DNA of 64,000 nt from Haplodiscus bocki. Lineage: Eukaryota. The stretch covers positions 33,294,001-33,358,000 of the forward strand of contig OZ296649.1 in assembly GCA_965655095.1 (NCBI GenBank), read 5' to 3'. The position numbers were made by a program, and so were the translations under genes. Shown here piece after piece: positions 27,354-39,156 of the stretch (positions are counted from its first letter, which is position 1; each line of letters begins with the position of its first letter). The notes under the pieces were generated by a model that saw nothing but the letters and a program-made list of their open reading frames with translations, had not been told where the DNA came from and made no database searches.

Positions 27354-27988
27354 TAAGTAGAAGAATAAAACCTAAAATCTCCTGTAAAAACCACAAAAAG
27401 GAAAAGCAGTGCTAGAAAAATGAATATCACACTTTCCGCTGAATTGAAAGGCTACGAAAATACTCATAGTTCGATTTTTTCTTGAACACTCTGCAGATTT
27501 ACTCTGAGAGTGCTTTGTTCATTCCGTTTTGTAGATTTGGGAATCCTGGAAAACATTTCAACGATTTTGTAGATCATCGATATCAGTATCTTGACATAAA
27601 TGTTTACTATAATAGACTTTTTAAAATATTTTAATTCATTTTTTCTCCCGAAAAGTTTGAGCTTCGTATGTTGATGTTATTATTAAACGCGATCGGTAAC
27701 TTCTTCCGAAACTTGAATAACGGAGCTGTTTTGGGGGATAATAATTACATAGGTTATAGTTTTCGTTTAGATCATCTAAATTTTTGCTGTGGAATCAAAC
27801 TTGTAAGGCAGCTGCAGAAAGGTTTCATGCTACACTGTGGAATGTTTCATCACACTACCAAAGGAAAAAGAACAGCCGTAATAAATTTTACCGGCTACTT
27901 CGTAGGCACGAACACGATGCGGCAGCCTATTTTTATAGAGTCGCTACACTACTCTATTAAAACGACGTCAAAAAAGGGTGGCCTACTA

Positions 27989-28070
27989 AAACCGGTATCA
28001 CCAAAAAGGGCGCCGGATTGAAACCGGTATCACCAAAAAGTGCGCCGGATTGAAACCGGTATCGCAAAAA
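27989..28070. repeat. 32-bp tandem repeat, ~2.5 copies
   Basis: aaaccggtatcaccaaaaag(g/t)gcgccggattg twice, plus a partial third copy. Confidence 0.9.
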
Positions 28071-28237
28071 AGCCAAGAATTAAATTTATCTTACTTCCAC
28101 CATAGTTAAAAGATGATTGTAGTTCCCAGTTGGTTCGCACGTCCAACTATCTGGCTTTTGTTTGTGTGTGGCTTCCAGTTGGCCCCTACATCCAACTATT
28201 CAGGTTTTCTTTAGGGTGAAGAAGATTAGTTGATTTG

Positions 28238-29270
28238 TCAAAACTTCGTAGGGGTTTTGAAAAACTCACCTACCTTCCTTGTCTTTTTTCTGAGTTCCAG
28301 GTTGTAGAGATTGCAAGTTTTGTGCAATAGGTTGATCAGTGACACCCCAATGTACGTCCCAAGGTTAGCTTTAATATACGCCAAGACATCTACCAATCTT
28401 TGATTTTCCGCCGTGTCCAAAGTCGGAGTGGCCAAGTTCCGACCGGCAATTTTGAGGGTCACAAAGAGGTTGGCGAATTCTGCTGTGCGGGCATGTATTG
28501 GGATAACAACTACAGTGGGTAGATTCTCAACCGGGTCTATTCGCACTTGTAAAGGGCTCCCGTCGGGCAGCCAAAAAATTTTAGTAATTTTGCACTCTGC
28601 CAGACTAATTGAAGTCCAATTGCAATTGAAATTAACTCTGTTGAGTGGTGTGTTTGTTTGTGACTGCGAGATTGATATTTACAATTGATGCATTCAAATG
28701 ATGAGTTCTGCATTCCCACACTCCAAATCTCCTGGAATAAAAATGTCTGCTACGAACAATCGTCTGGTGTATTTGTATTCGACTAATAATTCAATCAATT
28801 TCATTTAAAACTTTCCCCTCTGACTTTTAATGTGATTCGGGGGAGGGTTCTTGAGTATAGCTTCAATAAAGGGATATTGGGTTGATTCGGGTGAGCAAAT
28901 GAAGGTTTGTATTTGGTCGTTGTTAGTAGGTTGCGGTGTTACCATGGAATCTTCCGTTCCAATGATAACTGTTAAGCCCACAAAACAATTAAGTTGCTTG
29001 TCCTTTAGATATTGTGTTCCTTGTTGCCACAAATAATGTCACTGATTATGTAGATGTCTAAAGACAAAAGACAACGCATATGATAAAAGTTAGAGGAATC
29101 AGAACAACACTTGTATTCCTCTTCCAGGCCCTCTTCGGTTATAGTGTGAATGAAGATCGTTGTTGAGTCGGATTTCAACTCGATTCTTTTTATTGACTTC
29201 AATTCTCCGTCATTTTTGTCATACATCGTCCATAGCAAATCTGAGAATGTACTCTTCAGTTATTTCAATG
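28238..29270 (-). pseudogene. 3' accessory ORF of the Gypsy element, unknown function, frameshifted
   Basis: Overlapping minus-strand frames 29005-29238, 28805-29032, 28537-28719 and ~28238-28680 chain into one ~340-codon decayed ORF ending ...FFKTPTKF*. Confidence 0.5.
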
Positions 29271-29710
29271 CTAACGATGTACGAGTTAGGTGTTTACTAA
29301 AGAGATATAGTAACTATGTACTTTATAAAGTTTAGGAATTTTAAGAAATTAGGTTTTTGTAACATTAACTGAAAAATCAACTAAAACATGTAAAACGAAT
29401 AAAATTTTGGCAGCATTTTCTTCCTTTTCTTCGTTCTGCTTTTGCTTGTCACTGCAGGGCCTCCGGGGGTCAGAAGGGTAAAATAGGCGTAGTAAGTTTA
29501 GGACAAAATTCAAATCAACAGCTGGGATAATCCTTGAGCACTGATTTTGGTTTGGGACTAGTGTAGTGCTATCCCTTGTCGGTAGCGCTTTGATTTCTGA
29601 TGATTGAGCTGTCGGCAAGGGGAAGCATCGTTATTCTGAATAGGATAGAGGCGTCACTATAAGAGCAGGGGGGTCGTAGCTCCCAAAAGCTAACTAAGAA
29701 CTTTTGCAGG

Positions 29711-30142
29711 ATGGAAAGCGACAATGAATCCTATTACGAAGAAAGTTCCGATGCTGAGGAGGGCGCTGGACCTTTACACATTAACGTAAATGTAAAAATT
29801 GATGAATCCCCGGAGTCTCCTTCGCCACAACCGGAGTCTCCTTCTCCCGTTCTTCCGGCGCCAATTCCCGTCGGCGAATTGTCCCCCGTCTGGGAATTGC
29901 CAGACGACGGGACAAATTTCCTCAATTATTTTAATGAAGTTGATGTCCTTGAATTGAAAAACTGGGCCGTAGAGACGAGGGCCCGATTAAATGAAAAGGG
30001 TTATGTGGTGGAGGCGCCGATGGTCTCACAAAGTTTCTGGGCCTTCCTGCAGCACTTCCATGGGCAAGACTGGGAAGTGAAGTTTTTGCGGCCAGCAGCC
30101 GGGCCTTTGTTCGATCAAATGTTGGCGTATATTGTCAGTTAA
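29711..30142 (+). CDS. Intact 143-aa antisense ORF inside the Gypsy 3' region (acidic and Ser-Pro-rich N-terminus, helical C-terminus)
   Basis: True ATG to TAA with no interruption, although the surrounding pol is decayed. TATA-like ctataaga ~50 nt upstream (~29657). Confidence 0.6.
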   Translation: MESDNESYYEESSDAEEGAGPLHINVNVKIDESPESPSPQPESPSPVLPAPIPVGELSPVWELPDDGTNFLNYFNEVDVLELKNWAVETRARLNEKGYVVEAPMVSQSFWAFLQHFHGQDWEVKFLRPAAGPLFDQMLAYIVS

Positions 30143-30585
30143 TCCCGGCTGACAAGTCTGAACAAAAGTTTATTGAGACAGTATTTTGAAAGCTGGTCGG
30201 CCGTTGAGAAAGCGGAAGAATTAGGGTTGTTGGCGGAGTCGGGCGGCTTTCTCGAAATAGAGTAAGTCGCTCGGCTTTGTCGGTCGTCGAGGGCCTTATA
30301 GCCATCGGCGGCCTTTTATATGTCCTGTGCAGTAGTTTACTGTGCGGCTTTCTTCTTTGGAATTGCACTACAAAAAAAATTTTTTGGTTTTTTGCAATCT
30401 TTTCTTAAAAACTTGTATAAAATCAGGAGTTGAGTTGGCGAGAAGAGGTTAAGCTGAGTCATCCACGGTAATTATTAAGAGCAGTAATTCTGAGTAGAAA
30501 ATAAAAGTGCATGTAATAGAAAAGTTATAAAAACGCGGCAATAGGATAACGGCGATCAAAGTTTGTAGCCCTGTCGGGTGATTGT

Positions 30586-32420
30586 TCACAATACTGACTG
30601 AGAATTGGGATAATTTTGTGGAGAACGATTATTTTTAAGCCCTTTGGAGCGCAATTTAGCGTTATTTTTAGCCATGCGAGTGGCACTGTTACGAATAAAT
30701 TGTTGAATTGGACTGAGGTGTTCCCGGGGCGACAATTGAGTAGTTTGTGCATGCTGAGAAGAAGATGGATGGGGGGTTGATGTGTCCGCAGTAATTGCAG
30801 GTGATAGCACAGGGGTGCGAGAAGGAGCAAGTGGAAAAGTAATTCCTGAATCGTTGCTATGCATACTAGATCGTTTCGGCTTGTTTGTGGATGAAAGGTA
30901 TCGTAAGGGTTCTATCGGGAATGGCAGGGAATCATGCTCTTCTGTTGAGCTTGGGTTGTTCAAATCCCGGGTGCGTTGTTCCCGGAAACGCTCGTAGAAG
31001 TTGTCATTCTGAAGATCAGGAGGTGCATATTCTTCTATCATTGCGGGTATAGATCCTTCTTTAGGTTAGTATTCGACAAAGTGATTTCTATGAACGGTTT
31101 TGATAACTGTAGGGTCTTTATCATCTTGAATTTGATAGGTGGTATTCGTGATACGCGTGGTAACGGTAAAGGGCCCAAGTCTTCGCTGTTGAAGATTCTG
31201 GCTGCGTGTAGGGTCCTGTTTGTGATTTTCGTAGAGTACTTTCTGTCCTATCTCGAGGTGGTATCCCATTTTGAAGCGATTGCGATAAGCGTGTGGTCGT
31301 GCGGTTTGTTCTCGGCATCCTTCGAAGGTTGAGAAGGAAATTTGTTTGAAGGTCCGTTCTCGATCTAAGAGAGCTTGGGAAAATTGTGGTTGAAGTAGAG
31401 TGTCCAACAATTCGTTCTTCGAGCTGTTCTCGTTATGTGAATGAGAAGTGAGATCTTTACAAACATTTGAACAGCAAAGCTTGTGTTTATTCCGATAAAG
31501 TCCCAGTTTGAGGGACATAGAGATTTGTGGTTTGGTCCCAAAGACAATTTCATATGGATTTTTTCCAGTTGTGTAGTTGACACTTGTGTTGTGGGCAAAT
31601 GCAAACTTCGGTGCTAGTGAAGACCAGTTATTTCCGGCATCATTAAGAAAGTTTCTCCAGTAACGAGCAATATGTTGGTTCTGGGTTTCACTTTCACCAT
31701 TTGTCCAGGGTGAATAAGCTGTACGAGGTCGTAGAGTAATTACAAGTTCTTTGGTCTAGTTGATGAACTCTGTACTGATAAAAGCAGTACCTCGATCATG
31801 GATGATCGACTGCGGGATTCCAAAAGAAAGGATCCATTTTTCAACAGCTGTAATAGTTGCTAAGGTTGTTGTAATGCACACTGGATATACCATCAAGAAT
31901 CGAGAGAATGCATCAACGATTAAACGTCAGTGCACGTTACTAGCACTAGTCCCTTGTGATCGATGTGTACAGTGCGAAAAGGAACTGTTTCGTGGTGCCA
32001 TTCTTCCAGTGGAACTTCGTTCCGATGCTTTGACTTAGGTTTGTTGTTCTGGCAGGTCAAAGCACATATCCAAGCAGACATTCCGGGCCAATAGTAAAAT
32101 CTCTTGGCATTGGCATAGGTTTTGGTTGCTTCCATGAGTCCACCCAATTCGTTGTAGTGTCCCGGACGGAAGCATGCAAGTAATAGAGATAAAGGGAGGC
32201 AAATACTGAGATTCTCCTCATCTGGCTTGTCTAACGGTTCATTATAGCAAAGGAGCTATCCTTCTTCTTCAATAAGAAGTCTGTTGATTTCTTGGCAATA
32301 TCGGAGAAGACCTTTAGACTGTTGTATCTCTGGTGATGTAGAATCGAAAGGCCTGTTTTTACGAATCCAAGAACGTACAGTACCAAGTACTGGGTCTTTC
32401 ATTTATTCTACGAGAATGGT
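30586..32420 (-). pseudogene. Gypsy integrase (Zn-binding region, DDE core, GPF motif) and low-complexity C-terminal tail
   Basis: HYNELGG..KTYANAKRFYYWPGM..CALTCQ; VHIDHKG (D), IIHDRGTAF (D), NGESETQN (E); RRLGPFTV...NTTYQI; frameshifted. Confidence 0.9.
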
Positions 32421-33079
32421 CGATACATCGAGATCTACGGTTTTGTAACTTCGTCAAGTTTCTAGATAAATGCCTTGGTATCTATATGAGGAGCGTCAGA
32501 GGTGGTTAGGAATTTTTTGACTAGCGAAGCATCAGTTTTTCCAAGCACTTTGACCTGAGTTTGTTTGGCTAGACAGAGTGGGGCTTGGCCAGCTTGAATA
32601 CGAATATCAAATACAATGTTGTCATCATCTGAGTGTGTACTGTGTTTGAGTCATTGCCGTGGCTGGTCGAGTCTACCGTATCATCATCGGACGGGCTAGG
32701 GTAGTTGACTGAACAATACTCAGTAATAGACGTGTTGACGGATGCATTTCATTGGGTCTCTGGCCCACATAATCGTCTAAATTGGTTGATAAATCTTTCC
32801 ATTGGGAAACAGTCTGAAGCCTGTTGGATTGAGGTGATCGGAAATTCGTCAAGCATACTACTGACGGTAAAGTCTTTGCCCTCGTTTTGCAATCTCAGTA
32901 TTTTTTTTTCGTTGCGACGTTTGTACTTGATTGGGTAGAAGTCATTGCAGGCATCATTAGGGTTGTCTTCATGTTGGATTTGGTATGTGACCGGAGTGCC
33001 GTGTTCGTCGTAAAACTCAAAATCGCGCAAAATGCGTTTGTGTTGCAACTGGTGCTTTTGATTTTCTTCTATCGTGATG

Positions 33080-33490
33080 TTTCTGCTGAGAATATCTGGA
33101 AAGGCTAAGTTCGAGCCTGCCGTCCGAATTATCTTCAAGTTCTGGAATTTCATAATGGTGACTTGATATCGGAAATAGCGACGCGATAGTTGTCCCTTGC
33201 GTCACCATAATTAAAGAATTGGTTTTTCTTCACAATAGAGATAGATGGGAAATGGTGATCCAATAATGTAGTGTTCGTGAGTCTGGAGAGCTGATACAAT
33301 TCCACATGGTTCTCGATGAAGAGTGGACGTTTTTTGTTCTGCTTTGTCAAAAACACGAGAATTGAACGAGATAATTTACTTTCCCTCAAGAAATTGTTGG
33401 ATAGGAATACAACCTTTACCAACATTTGAAGAGTCCGCGTGAATATGAAACGGGTAATAGGTAGAAGGAAGTGCTAGAACTGTATCTTTG
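33080..33490 (-). pseudogene. Gypsy RNase H
   Basis: FHIHADSSNVG (DxS motif) through GSNLAFPDILSR. Confidence 0.8.
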
Positions 33491-33537
33491 TGAATTCTCT
33501 CCTTAATGGAGTTACACACTGTTTCGTGTTCTTCAGT

Positions 33538-34472
33538 TCAGTGGAATTGTCTAGAATCCTTAATTAAGTCATAAAAAGGCTGACTGTCAACGTGTAAGTT
33601 CTCAATATAGCAGCTGTAGAAACCAAGACAACTCAAGACTTCCATAACGTCTCGCTTACTCTGTGGTGACTTGAGGTTCCTCAGGGCGTCCACACGCTTT
33701 GCTATTGGTTGGATCCCATTTGGTGAGAAAACGTGTCCCAAAACTTTACTTTCTTTAGAAAGAAAAACGTCTTGTCAGGGGCAGCTTTTAACCCAGCCTT
33801 CCGCAGAAGGGTGTGATATTCATTGATGATGGGAAACATCTTGCCTCTGGTTTGCAATTGCATGATGGTGTCATCAATGTAGGTAATTGCCTGTTTTTTC
33901 CTGATCAGTGGGTCGAAATGAAACGTCGCTAAGCGATTGAAGAAATTTGGTAGGCCACACAGACCGTAGAATCCTCGGGTGAAAGCATATTGTCGTCCAC
34001 CGATGATGAAGCTTGTCAATTTTTGTGTTTCGTAGCTAAGGGTACCTGATGGTATGCACAGGACAAGTCACTGACTGAGAAGAATTTTTCGTTCATTCTT
34101 GTCATAATCATCTGAACTGGTTCTAACGGCCAGGAGTAAATTTGGAGGTCGGTTACTGAGTTTCAGGTAGCGAGCATCAATCACTAATTTGACGTAGTCA
34201 TTCTTTGGCATCAGGATAATTGGGTTAACAGGGAGGGATCCCATTTCGTCATCATCGCCCATCTCTCGAATGATATCGGCGTCCTTCAGTTGTGTTAACA
34301 GTTTCTCAAGTTTATCTTTTAAATGTAGCTGCACTTTACTCGCTCGTTGACGTTTCAACTCCATATTTGGTTTCAATGTAACGTGAAATTTCTGTCGGAT
34401 TTTCCCAACATCGAACTTGTGGAGGGAATACTCATCCTTCGAGTCGATCAGCATATCAATGAGAAGAATCAT
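33538..34472 (-). pseudogene. Gypsy reverse transcriptase
   Basis: NPIILMPK..KLVIDARYL, DLSCAYHQV, TRGFYGLCGLP, ITYIDD, VKF(L)GH, GFYSCYI; frameshifted. Confidence 0.92.
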
Positions 34473-34759
34473 TTCGTGATCAGTTATGTCTGAGTAACTT
34501 CAAATTGTTTAACGTAATCAATTAACTCTTTAGGCTGATACTGGACATAGTGCTCAATAAGAGCTTCGTTTTGTTTCTTCGGGCGTAAAATGGGAAATTG
34601 TTCGTCGCAGTCTGGTTGACAGGAGTTAGCGTCACTGGTGAAATCGGTTTCCAGTTCTCTTTCGTTTAGATGAATTTGCTCGCTATATCGATCTATCTCA
34701 TCTTCGGCATAGAATTGCGGATCTCCCTCAGTGGGCATAGCGTGAATTGCGTGTTCGTC

Positions 34760-35150
34760 TAATGAGCAGACCACAATTTGTATATCTGATTAAGCAAAAA
34801 TATTCTCAGGAGTTTTACTACATCTTGCCAGTTCATCTGATCATGTCCACATCCAATTTTTGGTATGGCAATCGTTGAATTTCCGTGCAATGTAGCGTGT
34901 GCTTGCATAATTTGCAATGTTGTGGCGAGAGTCTGTAGGTCAAGTTTATCCGAGTATTTGTCCTTCGTCACAAGGTTATAGATATACCGTCTTGATGAAG
35001 AGTCCCAGAAGGGGAATACTTGGTTTTTACAGGGTTGGCTCGTGTAGAGGTTCTCCTTAGTCGCGGAACTCTTTTTGATAAGAACTGTGCAAACCCCTTA
35101 CTCATCTGAACATCTGGGGAGATACAAAGTCCAATTGAATTGCATTGTTC
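34760..35150 (-). pseudogene. TARG1/OARD1 (Poa1p-like) macrodomain within Gypsy pol
   Basis: SIGLCISPDVQMSKGFA, IYNLVTKDKY, LHGNSTIAIPKIGCGHDQMNWQDV parallel OARD1 'SLAHCISEDCRMGAGIA...IYYLITK...LSMPRIGCGLDRLQW'. One frameshift near 35000. Confidence 0.88.
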
Positions 35151-35605
35151 GAGAATTGAATTTTCGTTACCGTAAACTATTTGCAAGAATTCGTCGGGTA
35201 ACTGGGAAGGAATTGGCGAATGGAGTAAAAAACAGTCGTTGTACTGTTCATTTGTTGGAAGAATTGCATTTGTCAGCTCATAAGGCTCTCGTATTTGGTA
35301 TTTTGGTTCATCGTTGTCGGAAACATCTATTGATGAAAAGCCAATTCGGCCTTTAGGCAAAGTAATTTGGTGATTCTTTCATTTTTCATTAGTATAGGTA
35401 CTTTTGATTCTGATTGAGTACATAACACATTGACAAATGATAGTCCCGTAGCAACAGCGTTGCAATTTGGGTGGAAAGTTGATCCAGGAGGAAAATGAGC
35501 GTGAGGATCTTCGGGAGAATACTTCCAGCATCTTGCGCGCTTGGCTTCATTATGCATCGCATGTGGGGTTCGTATTGTTAGGATTTGCGAAATGAAGGGA
35601 TACGA

Positions 35606-35970
35606 TTAAGTCTGATGAAGGCTTCCATAACACACAGTATTTGGTGGTTCTTTAATTTTAATTCCCGGTAAATCAAAGTGAATGCCAGATTCCTGCTTTT
35701 GACAGAAGTCCATACCTGGGAGATTCTGAGTTTTCATTTCGGTAATCCAAACGGTTAAAGGGAAAGTAAATTGTGCATCTGGGTCGTAACTGAATGTTAA
35801 TGTTGCAAAGCCAATCATAGGTACAACTTGACCAGAATAAGTCCTTTTTTGTGTAATGCTTCTTTTCACCGTGATTGGGTGTTGGGTTTGGCAGACTTCT
35901 CAAAAGGTTCGATTCTTAATGATTGAGCTAGAAGCTACAGCATCTAACATGAATTCAATTTCTAAGCCAC
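35606..35970 (-). pseudogene. Gypsy aspartic protease relic
   Basis: IEFMLDAVASSSII (decayed D-T/S-G-A) at ~35945 and NLPGMDFC (from ILGxDF) downstream. Confidence 0.7.
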
Positions 35971-36125
35971 TATCTTTTTGAGTGTCTCCGGTGGCGAAGT
36001 AGAAAAGGTTGAAGCTGAGTCTTGAATTCTTGGACTGGTCAATACTTGAACTCGGAGACCTCAGTAGTTTAAAGGGCATAGTCCCGACAATCCGTTGACT
36101 TCATCGTCTGCTGTGGTGAATCGAA

Positions 36126-37460
36126 CTACGTTTGACTGGTTACCGTCTTTGGAGGTTGGGAACTTCTTGTCATAAGGTATATTGTTGCTCGGGTCTCGAC
36201 TCCCAAACCGGTGAAACACTGAAGGGTTAGGCGAAACTGATTGGGTTGTCTACGGAAATTTGTGAAGGAGGAATCTTGTCGTGACGCTGGAGGCGATAGG
36301 GAATAGTTATAGTTACTTCCCCAACTCCTAGATTGATCTTGGTCCGACTGGTTTGGTGAATTTGCTGTGTATTTTTTATACCGGCTGCTGTTGTTATATT
36401 CTGGTAGTCTCTCGTTAGGTCTGTTTTGTCTGAAGTTGTTAGAGTTCTGACGTTTTGGCTGGAAATTTCCTCTAGTAAAGGAGTGGAGGGTTGACATCAT
36501 AATCCTATTATCATCGTTCCGTCTAGTCCAACTCCCAGATCCGTGGGAGGGTCCATGTCTTTTGTTGTTATCATAGGTGAACGTAACTTTTTTCTCGGCT
36601 GTGGCTTCATTTTGCAACTTCTTGACTTCTTCATCCCGTAACTTCTTTCTGCAAACATTAGGAGTGTGACCATTGGTTCTACAATATCCACAAAACCTTG
36701 TAGCATTTTGTCTTCCCTTCTGGTTAGGGTCAATAGGTTTTTGTTTTCCTTCTAAAGCGTTTATTCTGTGTTCCTTCAGCTCAGTTTGTAGGTTTTTTAT
36801 TTCTTGTCCCAAAGAGGCCATTTGAGCCTTGTTCTGTTCTTCGTCATTTAGAAAGCTAGTAGAGACTTGATAAGATACGTCTTTGTTAATTAGGTGGGTT
36901 GAAAGTTCGTTCCAAGTCGCATTTGGATGTTCCATCAAATATTCTTGAGCATTTCGTTGTAGATATCCGGATCTGAGTCCTTTTAGTGTATAATCAAAAT
37001 ATCTTTGTCTTCTTTTGCGAGCTTGTGCGGTGCGTTCAGCGGCCTGTTCAGTTGCTAAAACTCCAGCCATATCGTCGGGCCAGACTTTGTCCACTGTTTT
37101 TTTTCGGTGAAGGATATTTTGAATCTCTTCTCCACCTGCTCGTATACAATGTTCAACTTCCATTCTGTGTCTGAATTTGTTTCTTCCATCTGAAAATCTG
37201 GTTATGAACAGAGTTCGGACATCATTCCAGGTTGTTGCATCTTGGATAGTGCTCCCATACCATTTAGCTGCTGGTCCTCTTAGCAATGACGAAAAAAAGA
37301 GCTTTCTTTCTGAATAGGTTGATAACATGTTCGTCGTCAGCCTCGTCTGGTTCGGTTCCGAGAGTAAAATTAATCTTGCACTCTATTAAGCGAATGAACG
37401 CTTCTGCATCTTGGTCTGGGTCTGTGCCAGAAAATTTTTCCAGTGACAAGTCTGGATGAG
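36126..37460 (-). pseudogene. Gypsy gag
   Basis: LEKFSGTDPDQDAEAFI; LRGPAAKWY..TWNDVRTLFITRF (retrotransposon gag); coiled coil; CCHC knuckle CGYCRTNGHTPNVC; frameshift near 37295. Confidence 0.88.
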
Positions 37461-37679
37461 CTAGATGAGCTTTGGCCAATTCGGAGGGTATATCTTTTCG
37501 AAAGAAAAAATCTAGAAGTTCTCCAAAAATATGAAGGTGGTGGGAGTTCAAGTGGGGCTCAAGAAATTTCACGAAATCGTTTAGCGCCTCTGATAGAGAT
37601 TCAAGTAAAGGATGATGTCTAATATTGTTTATCTGTTTCGAAATATTTGGGTCTTCTTCAGAATGGACATTCTCTCCTA

Positions 37680-39144
37680 TCCAGAAATTATAGTTGAAAG
37701 TCCATTCCAAGCTTGTAATGATGAATGCTAGGGTTCCGTCTTCACAAATGATGGTCCACGAACAATTCAGTGGAACATGTTGGCATTCTTCTTCGATATC
37801 ATCCCAATTTGGTGGAAGGTTCTCAAAATTTTGTGGCATCTAATTTTTTAAAAATTGAAACGCAGATGTTCCATTAGCTCTTCCAAAATTTCGAGTTGAT
37901 GGGGATTCAAATGAGGTTCAAGGAAAGTTTCCCATGAATTGAGTGCACCAGTTCAGGATCTAAGCAGAGGATGATGATCGTTTAGGTCTATTTGTTTCGA
38001 GGCGTTCGGTGCTCCCAGCGGATAGGCTGTCACTGGTACACAGAAGTCATAATTGAAGGTCCATTTAAGGCAGGTTATGATGACTGTTAGATTCGTGTCT
38101 TCAGAGGTTATTGTCCAGAGGCAATTTATTGGGATATGTTTGCACTCTTCTTCGGGTAGCTCGTTATCGAGTTTTCAAATTTTTGGGGCATCAGGCGTTA
38201 ACACGAATTTATTATGAAAGGACAATTGAAGTTGTCTATGTATAGTGGTTCACCACTGTGTCAGTTAGGAGTGAATTGATAACTGTCAAGTCCAATTCGG
38301 GAAATCCGAGTTCTGGAAATTCGTGATAATGTCGGATAGCGGCAATCGCTGTGGCAAAATGTTCGTGGAATCTCGTCAATGTAATGAATTTACTGAATAA
38401 AGGTTCTCCTTCAGAATATATTTGTTATCGGAGTCGGAAGTGTCTTTTGAGAGTGAAATCAATCCTCGTTAATATCACTTTCAATTGTTCAGTTGGGGTT
38501 TGCTAACGTCCACGGACAGAATAGAAAATTAGGTTTGAATTCGTTGTATTCGAAGAAATACCAGTGCTGGTTAGGGTCGTTTCCCAAGCTCCAGAGGCAT
38601 CAGTCAGTTATTCGTCAGACTGCTTGTTCAGAATTTGCCCAAGTTTAATTACTGCAAGGATATAATTGGGTCCCAAGAGTAGAGATAATAATAGAATCAG
38701 CAGGAGATATAGGAAAAGCGCAAGGTCTCCTCTCATTTCTAAACAGTAGAATTTCTGTCATTCAGGGTTCCGTCAATCTCGAACAGTGCAACCAAAAAGG
38801 GAGGAACTAGCAATAAAATCAATACTATTAAAAGCAGCGCATAAAAAAAATCAATAAATCTTGATTCATCTCCTCAAGGATCGAATATTTCTATCAACCA
38901 CTGTCGTTGAGCCCAGTTGAAGAATTCAAACCCGATGAAATAATTCTTGGAGATAGATTTTCTGTCGGTTGGAGTAGAGGACACTCTGGCTAAAATCTGA
39001 GACCCAGTTAACTATTATACCAAAAGAAGCGCCGGTAATTAAAGAAATCAAAGCACCCAATATAAGAATTAGGCTGAAAATTAAAAATGACCAAGTTGGG
39101 AAAGTGGAGAAAAGATTACCTGATACTTCACAAATATAACTCAT
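37680..39144 (-). CDS. Cassette of ~6 small ORFs between PBS and gag, partly decayed
   Basis: ATGs at 39144, 38869, 38736, 38600, 38191 and 37839. The first three encode hydrophobic TM-like peptides; the last two are paralogues. Confidence 0.6.
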
Positions 39145-39156
39145 TGAAGGGCCTCA

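Noticed and set aside
27989-28070. 32-bp repeats as a possible CRISPR array
   Set aside because: Units are contiguous with no unique spacers, there are no cas genes, and the context is eukaryotic.
28537-28719. C2H2 zinc finger (CINC...H...HH)
   Set aside because: Spacing is non-canonical and the His residues may lie in the wrong frame of a frameshifted ORF.
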